Of a stretch of DNA of 64,000 nt, positions 12,901-23,861 are shown piece after piece (the stretch's first letter is position 1; each line of letters starts with the position of its first letter). Source of the DNA: Tubulanus polymorphus (taxonomy: Eukaryota; Animalia; Nemertea). The stretch spans positions 2,091,355 to 2,155,354 of the forward strand of contig NC_134030.1 of NCBI RefSeq assembly GCF_964204645.1. The letters run 5' to 3'. The notes below the pieces were generated by a model, which searched no databases, was not told where the DNA came from, and saw only the letters and a program-made list of their open reading frames with translations. The position numbers were made by a program, and so were the translations under genes.

Positions 12901-15900
12901 GAGGAGACTCCTTAACTCATTATCACCCCAAAACAGAGTGTATCAATTAACACCCAGCAGCAGGATTAAAGGAGGTCATCAGTGTTGTAACACACTGATA
13001 ATTCAGCTCGTTTGTCACGTTTCTACATGACAGTTGAAGAAGGAAGGAGGAGACTCCTTAACTCATTATCACCCCAAAAACAGAGTGTATCAATTAACAC
13101 CCAGCAGCAGGATTGAAGGAGGTCGTCAGTGTTGTAACACACTGATAATTCAGTCCGTTTGTCACGTTTCTACATGACATTTGAAAAAGGAAGGAGGAGA
13201 CTCCTGCACTCAATATCACACCAAAACAGAGTGTATCAGTTAACACACAGCAGCAAGCAGCAGTATTAAAGGAGGTCATCAGTGTTTTAACACACTGATA
13301 ATTCAGTCCGTTTGTCACGTTTCTACAAAACAGTTGAAGAACTGTGTCATTATAAGGATAATCAGGAAACAGAATCAATCATAATTCAGCGACATATGAT
13401 GCAATATATACAGAACCAACACCAGCGACATTTCAAAGATACAACCACCACAAAGCTATCAATGGATAGCTCCTTTGAATATTTATAAATTTAAAACTGT
13501 GTCGTTATAAGGATGATCAGGAAACAGAATCAATCATAATTCAGCGACATATGATGCAATATATACAGAACCAACACCAGCGACATTTCAATGATACAAC
13601 CACCACAAAGCTATCGATGGATAGCTGCTTTGAGTATTTATACATTTAAAAGTTTAAGTCGTTATAAGGACGATCAGGAAACAAAATAATCAATCCAAAT
13701 TCACCGACATATATTACAATATATACATTGAACCAACACCAGCGACATTTAATGATACAACCACCACAAAGCTATCGATGGATAGCTGCTTTGAGTATTT
13801 ATACATTTAAAACTTTAAGTCGTTATAAGGACGATTAGGAAACATAAGAATCATAATTCAGCGATATATGATACAATATGTACACAGAACCAACACCAGC
13901 GACATTTCAAAGATGCAACCACCACAAAGCTATCAATGGATAGCTCTTTTGAATAATTTAGAATTCAAATTTAAAATTAAAGGAGGTCATCAGTGTTGTA
14001 ACACACTGATAATTCAGCTCGTTTGTCACGTTTCTACATGACAGTTGAAGAAGGAAGGAGGAGACTCCTTAACTCATTATCACCCCAAAAACAGAGTGTA
14101 TCAATTAACACCCAGCAGCAGGATTAAAGGAGGTCGTCAGTGTTGTAACACACTGACAATTCAGTCCGTTTGTCACGTTTCTACATGACAGTTGAAGAAG
14201 GAAGGAGGAGACTCCTGCACTCAATATCACCCCAAAACAGAGTGTATCAGTTAACACACAGCAGCAAGCAGCAGTATTAAAGGAGGTCATCAGTGTTGTA
14301 ACACACTGATAATTCAGTCCGTTTGTCACGTTTCTACATAACAGTTGAAGAACTGTGTCATTATAAGGATAATCAGGAAACAGAATCAATCATAATTCAG
14401 CGACATATGATACAATATATACAGAACCAACACCAGCGACATTTCAAAGATCCAACCACCACAAAGCTATCAATGGATAGCTCCTTTGAATATTTAAAAA
14501 TTTAAAACTGTGTCGTTATAAGGATGATCAGGAAACAGAATCAATCAAAATTCAGCGACATATGATACAATATGTACACAGAACCAACACCAGCGACATT
14601 GCAAAGATGCAACCACCACAAAGCTATCAATGGATAGCTCTTTTGAATATTCATACATTTCAAACGTAAAGTCGCAATAAGGACGATCAGGAAACAAAAT
14701 AATCAATCCCAATTCACCGACATATATTACAATATATACATTGAACCAACACCAGCGACATTTCAATGATACAACCACCACAAAGCTATCATTGGATAGC
14801 TCCTTTGAATATTTAAACATTTAAAACTTTAAGTCGCAATAAGGATGATCAGGAAACAAGTCCTAATGAGGACAATCGGGAAGCAGAAACAATCATAATT
14901 CAGCGACATATGATTCAATATATACAGAACCAACACCAGCGACATTTCAATGATACAACCACCACAAAGCTATCAATGAAAAGATGCTTTGAATATCAAT
15001 ACATTCAAAACTTTAAGTCGTTATAAGGACGACCAGGAAACAGAATCAATCATAAGTCAGTGATATATGATACAATATGTACGCAGAACCAACACCAGCG
15101 ACATTTCAATGATACAACCACCACAAAGCTATCGATGGATAGCTCCTTTGAATATTTATAAATTTAAAACTGTGTCGTTATAAGGATGATCAGGAAACAG
15201 AATCAATCATAATTCAGCGACATATGATGCAATATATACAGAACCAACACCAGCGACATTTCAATGATACAACCACCACAAAGCTATCGATGGATAGCTG
15301 CTTTGAGTATTTATACATTTAAAAGTTTAAGTCGTTATAAGGACGATCAGGAAACAAAATAATCAATCCAAATTCACCGACATATATTACAATATATACA
15401 TTGAACCAACACCAGCGACATTTCAATGATACAACCACCACAAAGCTATCATTGGATAGCTCCTTTGAATATTTATAAATTTAAAACTGTGTCGTTACAA
15501 GGATGATCAGGAAACAGAATCAATCATAATTCAGCGACATATGATACAATATATACAGAACCAACACCAGCGACATTTAATGATACAACCACCACAAAGC
15601 TATCGATGGATAACTGCTTTGAGTATTTATACATTTAAAAGTTTAAGTCGTTATAAGGACGATCAGGAAACAAAATAATCAATCCAAATTCACCGACATA
15701 TATTACAATATATACATTGAACCACCACCAGCGACATTTCAAAGATGCAACCACCACAAAGCTATCGATGGATAGCTGCTTTGAGTATTTATACATTTAA
15801 AACTTTAAGTCGTTATAAGGACGATTAGGAAACATAAGAATCATAATTCAGCGATATATGATACAATATGTACACAGAACCAACACCAGCGACATTTCAA

Positions 15901-17915
15901 AGATGCAACCACCACAAAGCTATCAATGGATAGCTCTTTTGAATAATTTAGAATTCAAATTTAAAATTAAAGGAGGTCATCAGTGTTGTAACACACTGAT
16001 AATTCAGCTCGTTTGTCACGTTTCTACATGACAGTTGAAGAAGGAAGGAGGAGACTCCTTAACTCATTATCACCCCAAAAACAGAGTGTATCAATTAACA
16101 CCCAGCAGCAGGATTAAAGGAGGTCGTCAGTGTTGTAACACACTGACAATTCAGTCCGTTTGTCACGTTTCTACATGACAGTTGAAGAAGGAAGGAGGAG
16201 ACTCCTGCACTCAATATCATCCCAAAACAGAGTGTATCAGTTAACACACAGCAGCAAGCAGCAGTATTAAAGGAGGTCATCAGTGTTGTAACACACTGAT
16301 AATTCAGTCTGTTTGTCACGTTTCTACATAACAGTTGAAGAACTGTGTCATTATAAGGATAATCAGGAAACAGAATCAATCATAATTCAGCGACATATGA
16401 TACAATATATACAGAACCAACACCAGCATCATTTCAAAGATACAACCACCACAAAGCTATCAATGGATAGCTCCTTTGAATATTTAAAAATTTAAAACTG
16501 TGTCGTTATAAGGATGATCAGGAAACAGAATCAATCAAAATTCAGCGACATATGATACAATATGTACACAGAACCAACACCAGCGACATTGCAAAGATGC
16601 AACCACCACAAAGCTATCAATGGATAGCTCTTTTGAATATTCATACATTTCAAACGTAAAGTCGCAATAAGGACGATCAGGAAACAAAATAATCAATCCC
16701 AATTCACCGACATATATTACAATATATACATTGAACCAACACCAGCGACATTTCAATGATACAACCACCACAAAGCTATCATTGGATAGCTCCTTTGAAT
16801 ATTTAAACATTTAAAACTTTAAGTCGCAATAAGGATGATCAGGAAACATAAGAATCATAATTCAGCGACATATGATACAATATGTACACAGAACCAACAC
16901 CAGCGACATTTCAAAGATGCAACCACCACAAGGCTATCATTGGATAGCTCCTTTGAATATTTAAACATTTAAAACTTTAAGTCGTTATAAGGATGATCAG
17001 GAAACAGAATCAATCAAAATTCAGCGACATGTGATACAATATGTACACAGAACAAACACCAGCGACATTTCAATGATACAACCACCACAAAGCTATCATT
17101 GGATAGCTCTTTTGAATATTTTTAAATTCTAAAGATAAAGTCCTAATGAGGACAGTCGGGAAGCAGAAACAATCATAATTCAGCGACATATGATTCAATA
17201 TATACAGAACCAACACCAGTGACATTTCAATGATACAACCACCACAAAGCTATCAATGAATAGCTGCTTTGAATATCAATACATTCAAAACTTTAAGTCG
17301 TTATAAGGACGACCAGGAAACAGAATCAATCATAAGTCAGTGATATATGATACAATATGTACACAGAACCAACACCAGCGACATTTCAATGATACAACCA
17401 CCACAAAGCTATCAATGGATAGCTCCTTTGAATATCAATACATTCAAAACTTTAAGGCATTATAAGGACGATCAGGAAACAGGATCAATCATAAGTCAGT
17501 GATATATGATACAATATGTACACAGAACCAACACCAGCGACATTTCAAAGATGCAACCACCACAAAGCTATCAATGGATAGCTCTTTTGAATATTTTTAA
17601 ATTCTAAACATAAAGTCCTAATGAGGACAATCGGGAAGCAGAAACAATCATAATTCAGCGATATATGATACAATATGTATACAGAACCAACACCAGCGAC
17701 ATTTCAATGATACAACCACCACAAAGCTATCAATGGATAGCTCCTTTGAATATCAATACATTCAAAACATTAAGTCGTTATAAGGATGATCAGGAAACAG
17801 AATCAATCATAAGTCAGTGATATATGATACAATATGTACACAGAACCAACACCAGCGACATTTCAAAGATGCAACCACAAAGCTTTCAATGGATAGCTCT
17901 TTTGAATAATTAAGA
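6947..17915. repeat. ~159-bp satellite A (~57 monomers, several subtypes) interrupted by five blocks of satellite B
   Basis: Core accaacaccagcgacatttcaa.gat.caaccaccacaaagctatc..tggatagctc recurs every 157-160 bp. B blocks at ~9088-9310, 11654-12028, 12820-13340, 13978-14352 and 15968-16342. Confidence 0.98.
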
Positions 17916-17929
17916 ATTCAAATTTAAAA

Positions 17930-19390
17930 TCAAAGGAGGTCATCAGTGTTGTAACACACTGATAATTCAGTTCGTTTGTCACGTTTCTACATGACAGTTG
18001 AAGAAGGAAGGAGGAGACTCCTTAACTCATTATCACCCCAAAACAGAGTGTATCAATTAACACCCAGCAGCAAGCAGCAGTATTAAAGGAGGTCGTCAGT
18101 GTTGTAACACACTGACAATTCAGTCCGTTTGTCACGTTTCTACATGACAGTTGAAGGAGGAAGGAGGAGACTCCTGTGCTCAATATCACCCCAAAGCGAA
18201 GTGTATCAATTAACACCCAGCAGCAAGCAGCAGTATTAAAGGAGGCAATCAGTGTTGTAACACACTGACAATTCAGTTTGTTTGTCACGTTTCTACATGA
18301 CAGTTGAAGAAGGAAGGAGGAGACTCCTTAACTAATTATCACCCCAAAACAGAGTGTATCAATTAACACCCAGCAGCAAGCAGCAGTATTAAAGGAGGCC
18401 ATCAGTGTTGTAACACACTGACAATTCAGTCCGTTTGTTACGTTTCTACATGACAGTTGAAGAAGGAAGGAGGAGACTCCTTAACTCATTATCACCCCAA
18501 AACAGAGTGTATCAATTAACACCCAGCAGCAAGCAGCAGTATTGAAGGAGGTCGTCAGTGTTGTAACACACTGATAATTCAGATCGTTTGTCACGTTTCT
18601 ACATGACAGTTGAAGCAGGAAGGAGGAGACTCCTGCACCCAATATCACCCCAAAACTGAGTGTATCAATTAACACCCAGCAGCAAGCAGCAGTATTTAAG
18701 GAGGATGATTCATGATGTTATAATGTTTAATGTAATAATTCAAGAAGGTAAGGGAAAGAGAAAAAATTCTCAATATCACCTCTAAATCAAAGAATTAACA
18801 CCCAGCAGCAAGCAGCAGTATTAAAGGAGGTCATCAGTGATGTAACACACTGATAATGCAGTTTGTTTGTCACGTTTCTACATGACAGTTGAAGAAGGAA
18901 GGAGGAGACTCCTGAACTCAATATCACCTCAAAACAGAGTGTATCAATTAACACCTAGCAGCAAACAGCAGTATTAAAGGAGGTCGTCAGTGTTGTAACG
19001 CACTGATAATTCAGTTCGTTTGTCACGTTTCCACATGACAGTTGAAGAAGGAAGGAGGAGACTCCTGAACTCAATATCACCCCAAAACAGAGTGTATCAA
19101 TTAACACCTAGCAGCAAACAGCAGTATTAAAGAAGGTCATCAGTGTAATTTGATAATGTAATTATGTAATGATTCATGATGTTATAATGTTTAATGTAAT
19201 AATTCTATTGTAATAATGTTTAATGTAGTAATACAAGAAGGTAAGGGAAAGAGATACAATTCTCAATATCACCTCTAAATCAAAAACACACAGCAGCAAC
19301 GAGCAGTATTTGAATAACGCAGCTATCAGTGTTGTAAGTCACTGACAATTCCTTGTACCTCACAGTTCTACTTGACAATTCAAGAAGGTC
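17930..19390. repeat. 153-bp satellite B, pure array degenerating at its right end
   Basis: Period 153 bp (18021, 18327, 18480). Core ttaaaggaggtcatcagtgttgtaacacactgataattcag...tgtcacgtttctacatgaca...aggagactcct. Confidence 0.97.
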
Positions 19391-19394
19391 AGGT

Positions 19395-19545
19395 TGATTT
19401 AGCAGTAATTTAGCCACAGTGTTTTGTAACACTTAACTTCCGTCACCACCAATTGATTTAGCAGTAATTCACCCAGAGTGTTTTTATTTTTAACTTTTAA
19501 CTTTCATCACTACCAATTGATTTAGCAGTAATTCACCCACTTTTA
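19395..19545. repeat. Three ~60-bp repeats (ttgatttagcagtaatt..ccac/cag)
   Basis: Three tandem degenerate copies; also at 55747-55895. Confidence 0.85.
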
Positions 19546-21035
19546 CTTCACTTTTATCATAGTTTGAAATGAGCCGCAATCAATGAACAGTTCAAACTTT
19601 TCTATTGAGGAAACCACAGCAAAAAACTAAATGTATACAAACAATTGAGTGTCTTATTTAATTGTCAAATATTAAATCAAAAGGAGGAGGGACTAATGTA
19701 TTGTAATGGTATCAATGCTACGAATGTATGTAAAAATTACTGATAAAATGTATTGCTAAAACATATGTTTAAAAGAGGCAGTTTAATGTCATACCACAGG
19801 ACAAAACAGATTAAAAAAAAAAAAAAGAGAGTTTAGAAAAGAAAGAGAAATAAAAACTACTATTTACAAATTTACAATATTTACAAGAAAGTTAAAAAAA
19901 GAGAGAGAAATAAAAACTACTATTTACAAATTTACAAGAAAGTTAAAAAAAAGAAATAAAAAAAAAATATTTACAAATTTACAATATTTACAAGAAAGTT
20001 AAAAAAAGAGAGAGAGAAATAAAAACTACTATTTACAAATGTACAATATTTACAAGAAAGGTTAAAAACTGTTAAAAAGAGGCAGTTTAACGTCGTACCA
20101 CAGGACAAAACAGATTAAAAAAAGGGAGTTTAGAAGAGAAAGAGAAATAAAAACTACTTTTTACAAATTTACAATATTTACAAGAAAGTTAAAAAAAGAG
20201 AGAGAAACAAAAAAAAATATTTACAAATTTACAATATTTACAAGAAAGTTAAAAAAAGAGAGAGAGAAATAAAAACTACTATTTACAAATTTACAAGAAA
20301 GTTAAAAAAAAGAAATAAAAAAAAATATTTACAAATGTACAATATTTACAAGAAAGGTTAAAAACTGTTAAAAAGAGGCAGTTTAACGTCGTACCACAGG
20401 ACAAACAGATAAAAATCACTGATAAAATCTATTGATAAAACGTATTGTTTAAAAGAGACAGTTTAGAAAAGAAAGAGAAATAAAAACTACTATTTACAAA
20501 TTTACAATATTTACAAGAAAGTTAAAAAAAGAGAGAAATAAAAACTACTATTTACAAATTTACAAGAAAGTTAAAAAAAAGAAATAAAAACAAATATTTA
20601 CAAATTTACAATATTTACAAGAAAGTTAAAAAAAGAGAGAGAGAAATAAAAACTACTATTTACAAATGTACAATATTTACAAGAAAGGTTAAAAACTGTT
20701 AAAAAGAGGCAGTTTAACGTCGTACTACAGGACAAATGTTAAAAAGTTTTTAAGAAAATATTCCGGAATGTAATATGCAGTAAAAATTAAAATCATAAAA
20801 ATATATATACACTGATAAAAAGATAAAATCGAATAACTATTTACAAATTTACAATATTTACAAGAAATAAAAACTAATATTTACAAATTTACAATAGAGG
20901 AATAAAAACTAATATTTACAAATTTACAATATTTACAAGAGAGAAAGAAAAGAGAGAGAGAAAGAAAAGAGAGAGAGAAAGAGGGAAACGGAGGGAAATA
21001 AAAACTACTATTTACAAATTTACAATATTTACAAG

Positions 21036-21500
21036 AGAGAGGGACAGAAAGAGAGAGAGAAAGAGAGAGAGAAGAGAGATGAGGGAGAGAGGAGAGAGGA
21101 GGGAGAGAGAGGAGGGAGAGGAGAGAGAGAGGGGAGAGAGGAGGGAGAGAGAGGAGGAAGGAGAAAGGAAAGGGGTGAGAGGAAGAGAAGAGAGAGAGGA
21201 GAGAGTTAGTGGGTTAGAGAGAGAGGAAGAGAGAGTTAGTGGGTTAGAAAAAGAGAGAGAGTTAGTGGGTTAGAGAAAGAGGAAGAGAGAGTTAGTGGGT
21301 TAGAGAAAGAGGGAAAGGATAGAGAGAGGGAAAGGATAGAGGGGGAAAGGATAGAGACAGAGAGGGAAAGGATAGAGAGACAGTGAAAAAGGATAGAGAC
21401 AGAGAGAGAAAGGACAGAGACAGGGAGGGAAAGCATAGAGACAGAGAGGGAAAGAATAGAGACAGAGAGGGAAAGGATAGAGACAGGTAGAAAGAAGGGG
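21036..21500. repeat. Homopurine GA-rich tract with 21-27-bp subrepeats (gagagagttagtgggttagag; agggaaaggatagagacagag)
   Basis: Near-pure A/G run. Also at ~23830-24275, 26435-26910, 57116-57563, 59935-60408 and 62128-62610. Confidence 0.95.
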
Positions 21501-22714
21501 TGATAAAAACGATAAAACATATGGGTAAAAACAATAAAACAAATGATAAAACATATGGGTAAAATGATAAAAAATGATAAAAACTGTTAAAAAGAGGCAG
21601 TTTAACGTCGTACCACAGGACAAACAGATAAAAATCGCTGATAAAATCTATTGATAAAACGTATTGTTTAAAAGAGACAGTTTAGAAAAGAAAGAGAAAT
21701 AAAAACTACTATTTACAAATTTACAATATTTACAAGAAAGTTAAAAAAAGAGAGAGAAATAAAAACTACTATTTACAAATTTACAATATTTACAAGAAAG
21801 TTAAAAAGAGAGAGAGAGAAATAAAAACTACTATTTACAAATGTACAATATTTACAAGAAAATTAAAAAAAGAGAAATAAAAACCACTATTTACAAATTT
21901 ACAATATTTACAAGAAAGTTAAAAAAGAGAAATAAATACTACTATTTACAAATTTACAATATTTACAAAAGAGAGAGAGGGGGAGAGAAAAGAAAGAGAG
22001 AGTGGGTAAAATTATAAAAAATGATAAAAACTGTTAAAAAGAGGCAGTTTAACGTCATACCACAGGACAAACAGATAAAAATCACTAATAAAATGTATTG
22101 ATAAAACGTATTGTTAAAAAGAGGCAGTTTAACGTCATACCACAGGACAACTTGTAAACAGAGGTACACTAGCAATACTACTCATGTTTGTAGGTAAAGT
22201 ATTTTAGACAATTATATAACTTTTTCAACCTCTGCAATATCAATTCTACAAGTTATCTTTAAAATTGTTTATATGAAATAAACCAACTAAACAGAATGTA
22301 GCATTGAATTTAAATTAATGTTATCAGGAGCTGAAAATCCTAATCCACTGTTTCAGTACATGTATCAATGTTTCAGTACATGTATCAATGTTTCAGTACA
22401 TGTATCAAACTTTCAATATTTAATAAAGTTTCACTACTATCAATTAATTCAGCAGTCTACAAAAGATTTGCGTCTTACTTATTTCGTGATGAGAGAGAGG
22501 AGAGAGAGTGGAGTCATGTAGGAAATGTAGCGATACACCTTTCAAAGTGTTTTTACAAATGAAAATCAGTCTATTCTAGACTATGGACGTTTATTGCTGG
22601 AGAAGACAAACCGTATTCCAATTGAATCCATTTTTAGCTTTAAGACGTTGATAATACCAGCATTCATCATCATCAACCCAAAGCTGAATTACTTCAAACC
22701 AATAAGAAGAGATA

Positions 22715-23075
22715 TACTGCAACCAACGACCTGTGAGGGGAAATTATGCTCAATCATTGAGATGATTGCTCAGAGCTGCAACCAATGAAGTGAAATCCAA
22801 TCAATGAGGGAAAAGTATACTGCAACTGATTAGGGGAAGTGAACTGCAAACCTGTGAGGGGAAATTATGCTCAATCATTGAGATGATTGAGCATAGCTTC
22901 AACCAATGAAGTGAAATCCAATCAATGAGAGAAAAGTATACTGCAACTGATTAGGGGAAGTGAACTGCAAACCTGTGAGGGGAAATTATGCTCAATCATT
23001 GATATGATTGAGCATAGCTTCAACCGATGATGGTAAATAATACTTCGAACCAGTGAGAGGTAATTATACCGCAAT
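22715..23075. repeat. 121-bp tandem repeat with a perfect 13-bp hairpin (TATGCTCAATCAT-TGAG-ATGATTGAGCATA)
   Basis: Period 121 (22745, 22866, 22987). 3 copies here, 4 at 25200-25640, 4 at 58710-59145, 1 at ~61270 and a truncated one at ~63450. Confidence 0.93.
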
Positions 23076-23828
23076 CCACGAGGGATCATGCAAACCAGTG
23101 GTAGTTATAGACACTTGCAATCTAGCAGATTAGAGATCAAAGGAAGCAACATCACTCCAATCCTTATTTCTTGACGTAAAATTAAATGCTCTTTTGTCTT
23201 TGATAAATTGTATTTGAAATAAAACACTACAATTTTCTTAACTAGAATCTTCTTTCAAATGTTAAACAAAAAGGAGGAAGGACTAAATCTAATGGTATCA
23301 ATGCTACAAATGTATGTAAAAAGTGAAAAGTAATAGTTTGAAACCAAGCGTGAATGCATTCATTCTGTTGTATTGAATAAAGTGAGATTTGATGACAATT
23401 ACGAACATATATTAAAATTGGCTCTAAAATAGTTTCAATTAAAAAATAGATATCTATTAGTTTGAAAATTTAAAACGTTTTCAAGAAAAGCAACTCTTAA
23501 AAATGTACAAATAATTGTTTAAAAAGTTTTTAAGAAAATATTCCGGAATGTAATATGTAGTAAAAATTAAAATCATAAAAATATATATACACTAATAAAA
23601 AGATAAAAACGAATAACTATTTACAAATTTACAATATTTACAAGAGAGAAATAAAAACTGCTATTAACAAATTTACAATATTTACAAGAGAGGAATAAAA
23701 ACTAATATATTTACAAATTTACAATATTTACAAGAGAGAAAGAAAAGAGAGAGAGAAAGAAAAGAGAGAGAGAGAGGGGGAAACGGAGGGAAATAAAAAC
23801 TACTATTTACAAATTTACAATATTTACA

Positions 23829-23861
<33 letters not shown>

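Noticed and set aside
6947-17915. CRISPR-like look (conserved palindromic core with variable intervening sequence)
   Set aside because: The intervening sequences are homologous subtypes rather than unique spacers. There are no cas genes and the context is eukaryotic with introns.
7173-18675. Many 60-108-aa ORFs (MILMFPDRPYND..., MILFPDYPYND...)
   Set aside because: Read-through of 159/153-bp monomers whose lengths are multiples of three, with frequent stops and frameshifts among copies.
21205-21305. Telomere-like TTAGTGGGTTAG
   Set aside because: Isolated motifs in 21-27-bp units, not tandem TTAGGG or TTAGG.
22478-22597. Possible minus-strand exon within repeat C (tcttctccAG ... AATAA|GTAAG)
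   Set aside because: The donor is lost in the copy near 58470 and there is no consistent partner intron; left uncalled.
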